Part shown: positions 39,746 to 49,580 of the stretch, in pieces
Position numbering within the stretch: the first letter of the stretch is position 1
How the letters are laid out: the number at the start of each line of letters is the position of its first letter
Assembly: GCA_024230295.1 (NCBI GenBank)
Contig: JAAERN010000069.1
Span: 33,752-97,751, forward strand
Source of the DNA: Planctomycetota bacterium
GTDB taxonomy: Bacteria; Planctomycetota; Phycisphaerae; Phycisphaerales; SM1A02
Length of the DNA: 64,000 nucleotides
Direction of reading: 5' to 3'
Notes under the pieces: model-generated
Database searches by the model: none
What the model was told of the DNA's origin: nothing
The model's input: the letters and a program-made list of their open reading frames with translations, nothing else
Translations under genes and position numbers: made by a program

Positions 39746-40767
39746 CATCCACAGACCTTCCACTGCCGACTTACAAGCCTAAGGACTTCGCCTCCGATCA
39801 GGACGTGCGATGGTGTCCTGGCTGCGGCGACTACGCCGTTCTCGCTGCTGTGCGAAAGACGCTTCCCAAACTGGGACGCCACAAGGAAGACTTTGTCTTC
39901 GTCTCTGGAATCGGATGTGCGGCTCGCTTCCCCTATTACATGGAAACGTATGGGCTCCACTCCATCCATGGTCGCGCACCGGCATTCGCCACCGGCATCA
40001 AACTTGCGAACCCCGACCTTGACGTGTGGATCGTCTCGGGTGACGGCGATCTTCTGTCGATCGGCGGAAACCACACAATTCACGTGATGCGCCGCAACGT
40101 CGGCGTGCGAATCATTCTGCTGAACAACCGAATTTACGGCCTGACCAAGGGACAGTATTCGCCCACAAGCGAACGCGGTAAGGTCACGAAGTCGACGCCG
40201 ATGGGCTCGATCGATGAGCCGGTCAATCCGTTGGCGCTCGCTCTCGCGGCTGAGTGCACTTTTGTTGCTCGCTGCATCGATGTCGATGCGAAAATGCTCG
40301 TCCCGACCATGGAGCGGGCTGCAGGCCATGAAGGCTGTGCCTTCATCGAGGTCTACCAAGACTGCAACATCTTCAATCACCAGGCGTGGTTCTATGCATC
40401 GCAGAAGGACACCCGGCCGAACAATACGGTCGATCTTGTGAATGGGGAGCCGCTCATTTTCGGCGAGAATCGTGACAAGGGCGTAATGATTGTGAACGGG
40501 CGTCCACGTGCTGTGACGCTTGGGTCCGGGGGGGTGACCGAGAAGGACCTGCTCGTCCACGACGAAACGGATCGTACGCTTGCGTTCACGCTCGCCAACA
40601 TGCGGAGCCCGGAACTGCCCGAGCCGCTCGGCGTGCTGTACTGCAATCCGGACCGCCCAGCCTACGAGCAGGAAAGCCGCGAGCAGATCAGGCAGGCCGA
40701 AGAAGCACGACCGGATACCAAACTGGCCGCGCTTGTTGCTGGGCCAGACACATGGACCGTCGGCTGA
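39742..40767 (+). CDS. korB: 2-oxoglutarate/2-oxoacid:ferredoxin oxidoreductase, beta subunit
   Basis: WCPGCGDY motif, and a TPP-binding segment SGDGDLLSIGGNH...NNRIYGLTKGQ. Confidence 0.9.
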   Translation: MTSTDLPLPTYKPKDFASDQDVRWCPGCGDYAVLAAVRKTLPKLGRHKEDFVFVSGIGCAARFPYYMETYGLHSIHGRAPAFATGIKLANPDLDVWIVSGDGDLLSIGGNHTIHVMRRNVGVRIILLNNRIYGLTKGQYSPTSERGKVTKSTPMGSIDEPVNPLALALAAECTFVARCIDVDAKMLVPTMERAAGHEGCAFIEVYQDCNIFNHQAWFYASQKDTRPNNTVDLVNGEPLIFGENRDKGVMIVNGRPRAVTLGSGGVTEKDLLVHDETDRTLAFTLANMRSPELPEPLGVLYCNPDRPAYEQESREQIRQAEEARPDTKLAALVAGPDTWTVG

Positions 40768-42599
40768 ATCAGGTTCCGAATTCCTGCGACGTACTCGTCG
40801 TTGGCGGTGGCCACGCCGGTGTTGAGGCCGCTTGGGCGGCGTCCAGCATCCTCGGCGACGGCGGCCGAGTCGTACTTCTCACGATGGACTCGAGCAAGAT
40901 TGGAGTCATGTCCTGCAACCCTGCGATCGGTGGGCTTGCAAAGGGGCAGGTTGTTCGCGAGATCGATGCGCTTGGCGGCGTGATGGGAATTGCTGCCGAT
41001 GCCTCTGGCATCATGTTCAAGGTGCTGAATCAATCAAAGGGCCCGGCGGTGCAGGGGCCTCGGGCGCAGTGTGACAAGGTTGCCTATGCGGCCTGCGCGC
41101 GGCGGCTTATCGCCTCGCGATCGAACATCTCAGTCATTGAAGGTACGGCCGCGGATCTGCTGCTCGAAGGCGATGCGTGTGTCGGCGTGACATGTTCTGA
41201 CGGGACCCCGTGTCGCGCTGCGGCGGTTGTGCTCACGACTGGCACCTTTATGCGTGCCATCATGCATACGGGCTCGCGACAAGTATCGGGCGGACGGGTG
41301 GGCGAAGGATCCGCCGATGGGATCTCGGGTGCGCTGAAGCGCGTAGGTCTGGAACTTGGCCGGCTCAAGACAGGAACTCCGCCAAGGCTTCGCCAGAGTT
41401 CGATTGATTGGGACTCCTTGACGCCGCAGCATGGCGATGAGACTCCGGTTCCTTTTAGCGATCTATCAAGTTGCGACTTCCCTCGGCTTGAGCAGGTCAG
41501 TTGTCGAATCACCCGCACGACACCCGAGTCGCATGACCTTATTCGCGACAATCTCGACCTTGCACCGATGTTTAGTGGCCAGATCGATGCCGATGCGGGC
41601 CCGAGATACTGCCCGAGTATCGAGGACAAGGTTGTTCGCTTCGCCGATCGCGAGAGCCATCATGTTTTCCTTGAACCCGAGACGCTTGCAGGTGAGTCGA
41701 TCTACTGCAACGGCATCAGTACATCACTGCCGCCGGATATCCAAGACATCATCGTTCGCTTGATGCCTGGATGTGAGCGAGCTGAAATCCTGCAGTATGG
41801 GTATGCGGTCGAGTACGACATGGTCCGGCCGCACCAGATCGATGCGACATGCATGGTGAAGTCGATTCCGGGACTCTTGTTGGCAGGGCAAATCAACGGG
41901 ACGAGTGGGTATGAAGAAGCCGCCGGGCAGGGACTGGTTGCAGGCGTGAACGCGGCGAGGCAGAGTCGAGGCGAGGATTCCATCCGTCTTGCTAGAGATG
42001 AGGCGTACATCGGTGTCATGCTTGATGATCTCGTGACGCGCACGCCGCGCGAGCCATACCGGCTATTTACAAGCCGAGCCGAACATCGGATGTTGCTGCG
42101 AAGTGATAATGCTGACGCAAGACTGACTCCGCTCGGAAGGGCGTGGGGGACGGTGTGCGAGGCGCGGTGGACTAACTGGGAGGCTCGGCGCGACCGGATT
42201 GCCAGCATTGCTGAGCGAATGGACACGATGCCGGGCGAGTCTGGGAAGAATCTGGCGGCGCTGGCGCGGCGTCCAGATGTGTCTGTCGAGGTCATCGCCG
42301 AGAAACTCGGCGGCGAGGATGAACACCGCGACGTGGCACGAGTGATGACCGATACGCGGTACGAGGGCTACGTAAAGCGGCAGCAGGCCGAGATTCGAAG
42401 GCAACGGGACGCCGACGCAATGCGGATTCCGGAGAGCCTTGACGTTGATGCCGTCACCGGGCTGCGAACCGAGGCCGCCGAGGCGTTGGCTCGATTCCGG
42501 CCTGCGACCCTTGGTCAGGCATCCCGCCTTGCGGGCGTCACGCCGGCGGATGCAACTGTCTTGGCTGTGGCAATTCGAAAGTCTCACGCTCCATCGTGA
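40752..42599 (+). CDS. mnmG: tRNA uridine-5-carboxymethylaminomethyl modification enzyme MnmG (GidA)
   Basis: FAD motif DVLVVGGGHAGVEAA, then GPRYCPSIEDKV, and LLAGQINGTSGYEEAAGQGL. Confidence 0.95.
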   Translation: MDRRLNQVPNSCDVLVVGGGHAGVEAAWAASSILGDGGRVVLLTMDSSKIGVMSCNPAIGGLAKGQVVREIDALGGVMGIAADASGIMFKVLNQSKGPAVQGPRAQCDKVAYAACARRLIASRSNISVIEGTAADLLLEGDACVGVTCSDGTPCRAAAVVLTTGTFMRAIMHTGSRQVSGGRVGEGSADGISGALKRVGLELGRLKTGTPPRLRQSSIDWDSLTPQHGDETPVPFSDLSSCDFPRLEQVSCRITRTTPESHDLIRDNLDLAPMFSGQIDADAGPRYCPSIEDKVVRFADRESHHVFLEPETLAGESIYCNGISTSLPPDIQDIIVRLMPGCERAEILQYGYAVEYDMVRPHQIDATCMVKSIPGLLLAGQINGTSGYEEAAGQGLVAGVNAARQSRGEDSIRLARDEAYIGVMLDDLVTRTPREPYRLFTSRAEHRMLLRSDNADARLTPLGRAWGTVCEARWTNWEARRDRIASIAERMDTMPGESGKNLAALARRPDVSVEVIAEKLGGEDEHRDVARVMTDTRYEGYVKRQQAEIRRQRDADAMRIPESLDVDAVTGLRTEAAEALARFRPATLGQASRLAGVTPADATVLAVAIRKSHAPS

Positions 42600-42633
42600 T
42601 TCGCATCGAGCGGTCGAGTACCCTGCACGCGTC

Positions 42634-42706
42634 GCCACCGTAGCTCAATTGGCAGAGCACCTGATTTGTAATCTGGAGGTTACCGGTTCGATTCCGGTCG
42701 GTGGCT
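42634..42706 (+). tRNA. tRNA-Thr (anticodon UGU)
   Basis: Folded by hand into a cloverleaf. Acceptor stem GCCACCG/CGGTGGC, D arm GCTC-AATTGGCA-GAGC, anticodon loop TT-TGT-AA, T arm ACCGG-TTCGATT-CCGGT. There is one U-U mismatch in the anticodon stem. No CCA is encoded. Confidence 0.9.
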
Positions 42707-42917
42707 TTGGAAACCTGAGGGGGACCAGCATCGCTGGGGCCACAGGTATCCCAAACGCCTAGAGACGCACGAGGCTTCACTGGGTCGAATGCCAATCTCG
42801 CACCGCCATCAAGGGATATGGCTATGAGCTGCTTCAGGAGTGGAACAAAAGTGGGATGTATTCAGTCCGTGATTCAATATCATGGTCGCAGATCACTTTG
42901 TAGGGAGTAGAAACTTG

Positions 42918-44222
42918 ATGCTGCGAGGACGATTTGTGGTCAGTGCCGTATGCCTCTTAGCCAGCGAGGCTGTGGCGAGCGGCTGGGAGATTGTGGCGAG
43001 AACGGCCGAGGACACATCTACGTGTGGCAGCGTGTACGAATCACCCCGCATCGCTGCGAGCGGTGATGTCATTATCCAAGTGGGGGGCTGGTTTGACGAG
43101 TTGGAACAGCCAAAGTGGCACCGCCAATTGCCCAGCGGCGAGGTCGAGCAGCAGGGGACACTCCTGCAGGGTGACTCGTTTAACCCTAGTGGCTACGCGG
43201 TGGACGGGGATGTGTGCATTCTCGGAAAGACCACGGGCTACTTGGAATACGCGCTGGTTTACGAACTTTCCGAGAGCGGTGACATAGCATCCACTGCAAC
43301 TCTGGAGCCGTGGGGCGGAGCGTCGCCCCAGTTCTTTGGGTGGCCAGGGACAGTATCGATGTCGGGAGATATTGCGGCGATCGGCGCGCCCTATGACACA
43401 CCAAATGGATATTCCTCCGGTTCCGTGTGGATCTTTGAGCGAACTTCTGGTGGGAATTGGTCGGGCCTACAGCGGTTTACAGGCGCGTCGAGTGCGTACT
43501 TCGGCTGCAGTGTGAGTGTGTATGGCGACCAGATGGTCGTTGTCGCCGGTGGAAACAGTAAAGCCGAGGACTCCTACGCGTCGGTCTATCGCCGAAATCA
43601 GAGTGGGCAGTGGGCCCTTTACACAAGCATGACTGCGGCATCAATCTGTGATGATCGGTTGGATGGGTGTGCGATCAGTGACACAGCCCTGGTTCTCGTA
43701 TCCATGGCCGGAGAGCATTTCGCGGCACGATGGCAGCCCGATGGAACACTCGGGCCATTTGAATCACTCGGCGGATCGGAATACTCATCAACAAGTCCGA
43801 ACGAGAAAATTGCGCTTTCAAACGAGTGGCTGTCGCTCAATAGGCGCATGTATCGGCTCCCTGATGAGGGCGGATTCGTTGATTCTGGAGTCTTGGCGAT
43901 CACGACTGATGTGGCAGACGGCTCCTACTCCTCCGGAACGATCGCCAGCATGGGGCAAGGACAGATTGCCGTTGGAGCGATCTTTAGGTACTCCTCGGAC
44001 GGAAGCGATTATTACGACTGCCAACAGCACGCGATGATTGTGTTCGAATGGAACTGCGATAGCGATGTCACGTCAGATGCCGTTGTAGATGCCGCAGACA
44101 TCTCGATCATCCTTGATCGATGGGGCTCGTGTTCGGACTGCGAGGGCGATGTCAATGGCGATGGGGTGGTCGATATCTGGGACTTGCTCGACGTGCTTTC
44201 AAACTGGGGACCGTGCGGCTGA
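42918..44222 (+). CDS. secreted FG-GAP/beta-propeller-like protein with two C-terminal dockerin-like modules
   Basis: Start trimmed to the ATG at 42918 (signal VVSAVCLLASEAVASG). It has repeats of the type GDIAAIGAPYD...GSVWIFER and GDQMVVVAGGN...SVYRR. The C-terminus is DAVVDAADISIILDRWGSCSDCEGDVNGDGVVDIWDLLDVLSNWGPCG. Confidence 0.65.
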   Translation: MLRGRFVVSAVCLLASEAVASGWEIVARTAEDTSTCGSVYESPRIAASGDVIIQVGGWFDELEQPKWHRQLPSGEVEQQGTLLQGDSFNPSGYAVDGDVCILGKTTGYLEYALVYELSESGDIASTATLEPWGGASPQFFGWPGTVSMSGDIAAIGAPYDTPNGYSSGSVWIFERTSGGNWSGLQRFTGASSAYFGCSVSVYGDQMVVVAGGNSKAEDSYASVYRRNQSGQWALYTSMTAASICDDRLDGCAISDTALVLVSMAGEHFAARWQPDGTLGPFESLGGSEYSSTSPNEKIALSNEWLSLNRRMYRLPDEGGFVDSGVLAITTDVADGSYSSGTIASMGQGQIAVGAIFRYSSDGSDYYDCQQHAMIVFEWNCDSDVTSDAVVDAADISIILDRWGSCSDCEGDVNGDGVVDIWDLLDVLSNWGPCG

Positions 44223-44244
44223 GCAATTCAACAGATGATGCGTG

Positions 44245-46428
44245 CTACGGATGGGCGGCGATTGCCAGTTGCTCAGAGAGGATTCCATTGACTTCGTCAC
44301 GCCATTGCGAGATTCGCTGCGTTTGTCGCTGAAGTCGCGCTTGGACTTCTACCCGAACATTACCTGCCATGGTCATGGCGTTGGATTGCAGCGGCTGATC
44401 CACAAGGAGTGAGATGATCTCGTCCTGGAGTACAAGGGCGTCGGTGAGCAACTCGGCAAATGCACTCTCCAGTTGAGCTTGAGCCGTCTCTGGCATTGCC
44501 TGAGTCAGCGCGTCGTGTGATGCGCGAACAGCCTCTAGCTCGTAACCGATGCCTGACCAGACGGACTTGAACATACTCCGTCGCCACGCCGATGCAGTTT
44601 TGTCCGGAATCTCGGAGGCGATGGCATGCACCGCGGCATTGATCGCATCGACCGATTCCGTAAACGCTCGTTCTTGGTTGCTGAGGATTGTGGCCATGAC
44701 CTCATTGGGGTTCGACAGCCCAGTTTGATCGGACGCATTGGCGGCACCGGGCGTGCCAACCCGGTGCAGCCTGCAGAGTCCCTGCTGTTCAATCGTTGAA
44801 CTAATCGTGGCGGCGTGTCTGAGGAGGAGCTCCGCGAGCGTGGGGTCGTCCAGATCCAGTCCCGCATCGCTGGCGGATGAAATGATGTTGACATTCCCAA
44901 ACTGTGGCGACATCACCTCAAGGGATGCAGTATTTCGAATGCCCTGCCGCCGCCATGTACGTGCCTGCGTGTGTGCTAGGGCGATCCGAGATGGTGTTGC
45001 ATGAGGCGCGATGGCAGCGATAAGATCGGCATCGATGGCATCTGCGCGAGCGAGCCCTTGTGACTTGGCAGACATCCATTGGGTAAACGCTGCTTCGGCG
45101 TCATTACATCTCCCCGGTTCGATCGGTAATCCCGCTTGAATGAGTTCATCGGTGAGCATTTGTTCGATGGAGGCATCGTGCGCCACCAAGCAATTGTCCG
45201 AGTGAAGTGGAAGATCGAGCGTGCGCTGCAGGGCTTGAAATCGCGTTGTAGACATTGGATGCAGGTCTATTCCGTCTGCACGCCGCAAAGGTGGTGGGGG
45301 CATCGGCAACTCTTGCTGCTTCTTGTGGGCGCCGCGGGCCTTGAGCAGTTGCTGGTAGTCGGCAAAGGGAATGCTTTCGAAAAGCGACCTATTGATCGTG
45401 CCGTCGATCATGGCGAGTGCGGTGCCGGCTTTATAAAAAGTGGTTGAGCCTGTCTGAGTTGCAGCGATCGCCTCGCCCAGCGCTGCCGCAATGTCGGCTT
45501 GCTCGGTCACAATTGCAGTGCATGTTGTTTTGGCGCTCTGAGAGAGTGAGCTCTGTTCGATGTAGGCATGCCAGTCGAGGATGCTGCGAATGGCGGCGTC
45601 ATCATAAGGGGTGTCATCCGCCAGTTTGCTCCGGAGCGGCAATGTGCGGGCTACGTGCGGTGCGACTTCTCCAATGATCTGCTGCACATTGCGGAGGAGT
45701 GAGTCAGCAAGTGTTGCTCGGGCAGTTGCGATCTCCGCTTGTACTGCGCTGATCATGGCGAACATTTCTTCTGGCCTTACGTTTCCTGCTGCTACGTCTT
45801 CGTACAACTCGGCGATCCGATCCATCATCTGTTTATGAAGAACTCGGAGAGCCCGTTTCTGGTCGGCGAGTTGGGGAAGTAAGGCTTCGATGCATGCGCG
45901 ACGCACTTCGGAATTCTCCGTGGCGTCTGGAATGAGCCGCAGGAGATCAAGCGTGTGTCCGCGACCTGCCATCGCTGTTGTCAATGCGCGTGATTGTTGC
46001 TGATGGATCCAGGCTGGAAGCAACATGACTTGATCATCCGACAAAGCTTCAGCGATTCGATCGAAAAGAGCCTGGTCGACTTCTCGCAGCGACTTCAGAA
46101 CGGAGTTGTTCTGGCGGATGAGTGACTTCACGTGACTGCAGTATGCCGCAACGTCGTCGGCGCGGGCACTTGAAGCAAAGTTCATCTCCCTAGCTGCGAG
46201 CGTTGCGACATCTCTGTCCTGTAGCAACTGCCAATCATCGTGATATGTGTTGTAGAGATCTGCAATCGCATGCTTCTGGGCTGCGCTGACATGCAGTGTG
46301 TCGCACACATCGGAAATGATCACTGGCTCGATTGGCAGAGGTGTTGCGCACGAGAAGCACTGGGCTTGCACACGAGCGGTAGATCCGGCCATAACGCATA
46401 CGGTGATAGCGATCGAAAGGGCGTTCAT
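44245..46428 (-). CDS. 727-aa secreted, apparently all-alpha-helical hypothetical protein
   Basis: Start trimmed to the ATG at 46428 with SD AAGGAG. Signal peptide MNALSIAITVCVMAGSTARVQA. The sequence is Ala/Leu/Gln/Asp-rich with no motif I recognise. Confidence 0.65.
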   Translation of the reverse strand: MNALSIAITVCVMAGSTARVQAQCFSCATPLPIEPVIISDVCDTLHVSAAQKHAIADLYNTYHDDWQLLQDRDVATLAAREMNFASSARADDVAAYCSHVKSLIRQNNSVLKSLREVDQALFDRIAEALSDDQVMLLPAWIHQQQSRALTTAMAGRGHTLDLLRLIPDATENSEVRRACIEALLPQLADQKRALRVLHKQMMDRIAELYEDVAAGNVRPEEMFAMISAVQAEIATARATLADSLLRNVQQIIGEVAPHVARTLPLRSKLADDTPYDDAAIRSILDWHAYIEQSSLSQSAKTTCTAIVTEQADIAAALGEAIAATQTGSTTFYKAGTALAMIDGTINRSLFESIPFADYQQLLKARGAHKKQQELPMPPPPLRRADGIDLHPMSTTRFQALQRTLDLPLHSDNCLVAHDASIEQMLTDELIQAGLPIEPGRCNDAEAAFTQWMSAKSQGLARADAIDADLIAAIAPHATPSRIALAHTQARTWRRQGIRNTASLEVMSPQFGNVNIISSASDAGLDLDDPTLAELLLRHAATISSTIEQQGLCRLHRVGTPGAANASDQTGLSNPNEVMATILSNQERAFTESVDAINAAVHAIASEIPDKTASAWRRSMFKSVWSGIGYELEAVRASHDALTQAMPETAQAQLESAFAELLTDALVLQDEIISLLVDQPLQSNAMTMAGNVRVEVQARLQRQTQRISQWRDEVNGILSEQLAIAAHP

Positions 46429-46629
46429 TGGTTGCTTCTCCTTGATTCGGCTGTGCAGCGGTTGATGTCGAGTTGGATCACCTGATCGTTGTGAGTCGCA
46501 ATAACGAGTGGGAGATGAAATGTTGCCAACTTTCGCTGCCTTTCTGCAGTAGTCGCAGAGTGCATGAGGATGCAATGTACTTTCCGCCTGCATTCAACGC
46601 GAGTACGAAAAACGAAACACAAGGAGTGC

Positions 46630-47103
46630 ATGATGATGTTCAAACAAACAATGAAGCGAACGTGTGTGGTGATTGTTGTTGCAGGTGCATGCGGGTGGCC
46701 GCCTGCTATTTTCGCGGGATTGGATAGTCCGTCGGATGTGAATCTGGAGTGCGCAGCGAAGTTCGTCGGGAATGAGTACGGGGGCTGTGCGATGCCGCCA
46801 AAGGTGTGTCCGAATGGTCCATTTACCGGCTACGAATCATGCAAGATCGCAACGTCGCACAAGGGTTGTGCGGGTGTTGCGCAACCGAAGATGGCATTTT
46901 CTGAGAATGAGACGGGGCGGCAGTTTCTGAACATCCCGTGTGGCACCTTGGGTTTGACCTATAGCAGTATGAAGTGCCAGTGCTTTGGCAACTTCTTCGG
47001 GAGCTGCTGGGGACCGTGTGAGCCAAGCGGAGGTATTGCTGGCAGCGGGCAACCATGTCCTGGCGACCTGCGGCGGCTCGTCCAGTGCGAGGTGGATGGA
47101 TGA
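46630..47103 (+). CDS. small secreted Cys-rich hypothetical protein (157 aa)
   Basis: ATGATGATG start with SD AAGGAG. Signal VVIVVAGACGWPPAIFA. The mature part has about 14 Cys. The stop overlaps the next start (ATGA). Confidence 0.6.
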   Translation: MMMFKQTMKRTCVVIVVAGACGWPPAIFAGLDSPSDVNLECAAKFVGNEYGGCAMPPKVCPNGPFTGYESCKIATSHKGCAGVAQPKMAFSENETGRQFLNIPCGTLGLTYSSMKCQCFGNFFGSCWGPCEPSGGIAGSGQPCPGDLRRLVQCEVDG

Positions 47104-48059
47104 TTGGAATGGTGATGTGCGGCGTGGTGCTTGGGATCGCCATTCATGAGATCTCCCCCGGCTCGGAGGTTGAGATTGATCTTGGGTTGGTCGCTGCAGG
47201 AGTATCAATCGTGGTGGAGGTCCCGATTCGAAGTGAACATGCAGATACGTGGTATCTGCCGGAGTCAGATGTGAGCTGTCCCGCGTGTGTAGAGGTTGTT
47301 GAGTGGCCGCACATACTGAATGCAGGCGATGAACAGATGATTCGGCTGCTGGTGACTCCGGGAAGCGAGCCGGGGAGGCACTCATGGGGGGCTGTGTTTC
47401 ACGGAGCCGCAGCACCTCTGCGCGTGAGGTGCCGGGGAGTCGTTCAGGGTCTGTCGGTGAAGCCAAGGCAGGTGCGGCTGGGTGTCTGCGCGAACGGAGC
47501 AGTCTGCGAAGAGCCGATCAGGATCGAGTGGTTTGGGCCGGGTGAGTTGGAATCGGTTTCGTGGGAGTCGGATGACAGCGACGTGATCGTTGTGCCACGC
47601 GACGATTGTGGGCAGGCCTGGGTAGTGCGAGTGACAGGAGCCCGGGAAGAGGTTCGGAACATCGCGGCTCGAATGACATTGAATGCCAGAATCAATACTG
47701 CCGGGGACAAACCGAAGAACGTGAGTTGCTTGGTCACGGCGACCGGGCGAATGATCTCATCGAATCTTCGAGTGGTTCCGGCTTCACTGTTTCTTGGCAC
47801 CGTGTCTCACTTAAAGGCGTGTGAAGGGGAGGTTCGCATAGAAGGTGTTGGCGGGAGTTTAGAGGCATCGGTTGAGGGGATCGCTGGAATGCGGGTGCGT
47901 TGCATCGACACCAGCGGCGGTTCGCGAATTACTGTTTCGTATGCGCCAACAACTGGAACTGCAGGGTGTGTGCGAGGAACAATTGTGGTGCGTTCGCCGG
48001 ACACAGAGGTTGTTGTGGCTCGGATCCCCCTGATTGCATTCGTACGAACAGGAGCCTAG
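47100..48059 (+). CDS. membrane-anchored hypothetical protein with about three beta-sandwich-like repeats
   Basis: The ATG at 47100 overlaps the upstream stop. N-terminal TM segment MIGMVMCGVVLGIAI. Three segments of about 100 aa have alternating beta-strand-like patterns, each with Cys pairs. Any DUF1573-like resemblance is tentative. Confidence 0.55.
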   Translation: MIGMVMCGVVLGIAIHEISPGSEVEIDLGLVAAGVSIVVEVPIRSEHADTWYLPESDVSCPACVEVVEWPHILNAGDEQMIRLLVTPGSEPGRHSWGAVFHGAAAPLRVRCRGVVQGLSVKPRQVRLGVCANGAVCEEPIRIEWFGPGELESVSWESDDSDVIVVPRDDCGQAWVVRVTGAREEVRNIAARMTLNARINTAGDKPKNVSCLVTATGRMISSNLRVVPASLFLGTVSHLKACEGEVRIEGVGGSLEASVEGIAGMRVRCIDTSGGSRITVSYAPTTGTAGCVRGTIVVRSPDTEVVVARIPLIAFVRTGA

Positions 48060-48062
48060 GGA

Positions 48063-49124
48063 ATGTTTCATTGTGCACTGTTGATCGTTTCGCTGGCGTC
48101 CTCGACTGACGTTCCAGGGTGGTGCCAAGAAATACTGCGTGATATTGGGACCGGCCGTATGGAGTGGTCGAGCAGCGAGCTCCTCGCAAGGATTCCGATG
48201 GATGTGCCCGGTGGAGGCCGTAATCAACCACTTGCTGATCAACTTTTCAATGCGTGGAACGCTGCCCGAGATACGCCTCCTGTAACTGTGGATGACGTTC
48301 AGGCGATCTTCTCGGCCAAGCGGGATGCAATCGAGTCGATAGACGTGTTGTATCAATCATCACTCCGAACCGAGAGTGATCCATCAGCTGGTCAACCCGG
48401 GCGAGCATCGGTGTGGTGGACTTGGTGGCGGCAAGATGGTGACTGGCTTGTGCGGCAAGTGGCAAGGGGGAGACCGGGGCTTGCGCAGCCTGCAGATGAT
48501 GCCGGAGCAATGCGGTGGCAGAGTGATCGAAATCGAGTTTGGTTTGCGCGGCTGGATGACAAGCTTCAAGAAATACCGGTTGATTCGGTTCCCATGCTCG
48601 GTGTCGAAGACTCGTGGTTGGGAGCTGGGGGGTGTATTGGGCGCAGGTGGGATGGCACGGCGCGGGCCGTCGAACATGATCTTGCGTCGCTGCTAGAGCG
48701 ATTGCCCAAGGGCACCGCGATTGTCGAATCAGCGACATTGCAACTGGACGATCGGGAAGTAGCGGTTCTCCGCATCGGTTGGCGCACGCCATTCTGGCTG
48801 TACCTGGACATCGGCCGAGGTTTCGCCCCGATGCGCATCGACCGGGTGATGGATGACGAGCATGGACCGATGCTGGCGAGGACGGACCTGTCTGACTTCA
48901 AGCAATGTGCGGGCCTTTGGCTTCCTCGCCAAATTCGCTTGCGGCAATATCGGTTGACGACGACGCGGTTTGGTCCAGGTGACCGACCTACGTCCCCCGC
49001 GTATCTGGAATTGGACCTTCAGGCCGAGCACATCTCGGTGAACGAAGGAATCCAGTGGGGAACTTCGCTGGTCCGTAGCGGAGGCTTGAGACCGGGCCTG
49101 GCAGGGGTGAAAGCGGCCCATTGA
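48063..49124 (+). CDS. hypothetical protein, possibly LolA-like/lipoprotein-sorting fold
   Basis: The ATG lies 3 nt after the upstream stop. It has a short hydrophobic N-terminus. No motif is recognised, and the fold assignment is a guess based on size and strand pattern. Confidence 0.55.
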   Translation: MFHCALLIVSLASSTDVPGWCQEILRDIGTGRMEWSSSELLARIPMDVPGGGRNQPLADQLFNAWNAARDTPPVTVDDVQAIFSAKRDAIESIDVLYQSSLRTESDPSAGQPGRASVWWTWWRQDGDWLVRQVARGRPGLAQPADDAGAMRWQSDRNRVWFARLDDKLQEIPVDSVPMLGVEDSWLGAGGCIGRRWDGTARAVEHDLASLLERLPKGTAIVESATLQLDDREVAVLRIGWRTPFWLYLDIGRGFAPMRIDRVMDDEHGPMLARTDLSDFKQCAGLWLPRQIRLRQYRLTTTRFGPGDRPTSPAYLELDLQAEHISVNEGIQWGTSLVRSGGLRPGLAGVKAAH

Positions 49125-49182
49125 AGGTTCTGCTGATCTTGCCCCACCTCCGGTCATGCAGTACCCTGCCGTGTTCTCTCAA

Positions 49183-49265
49183 GGGCGTGTACCCAAGTGG
49201 CCAAAGGGGACAGGCTGTAAACCTGTTGGCGTACGCCTTCGGAGGTTCGAATCCTCCCGCGCCCA
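49183..49265 (+). tRNA. tRNA-Tyr (anticodon GUA)
   Basis: Acceptor stem GGGCGTG/CGCGCCC, anticodon loop CT-GTA-AA, long variable arm (TGGCGTACGCCTTCG), T arm GGAGG-TTCGAAT-CCTCC, discriminator A. Confidence 0.9.
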
Positions 49266-49274
49266 TTCCCGACG

Positions 49275-49297
49275 GCCCGCTTCGGCGGGCTATTTTT
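49275..49297 (+). terminator. hairpin plus T-run between tRNA-Tyr and tRNA-Pro
   Basis: GCCCGC-TTCG-GCGGGC followed by TATTTTT. Confidence 0.6.
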
Positions 49298-49318
49298 CTA
49301 GTTCGATTTCGACACCGA

Positions 49319-49392
<74 letters not shown>

Positions 49393-49402
49393 TTTTGAGA
49401 GG

Positions 49403-49437
49403 AAGCCCTTCGACAATACGTCGAGGGGCTTTCTTTG
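49403..49437 (+). terminator. rho-independent terminator after tRNA-Pro
   Basis: 12-bp stem AAGCCCTTCGAC / GTCGAGGGGCTT with one G-U pair, followed by TCTTTG. Confidence 0.6.
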
Positions 49438-49580
49438 TGCTAGTCGTCGAGCATCGCGTACGACCGGCGGGCATGTGTCCTAACCTCGATGGTACCGCCG
49501 GGATCCAGATGACAAAGCAGCCCGACGGTCTCATCAGCCGCCGAAGATCATTGTGGGCTGGCCGAGGTCGTTGCTTGGTG

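Noticed and set aside
38057-40560. Long minus-strand ORFs 38057..38950 and 39673..40560
   Set aside because: They are antisense to korA and korB, which carry diagnostic motifs.
42707-49182. Calling the tRNA-bounded block a mobile element, prophage or integrative island
   Set aside because: No integrase, transposase, phage or conjugation genes and no att-like direct repeat were found by eye. It is reported only as a compositional and positional observation.
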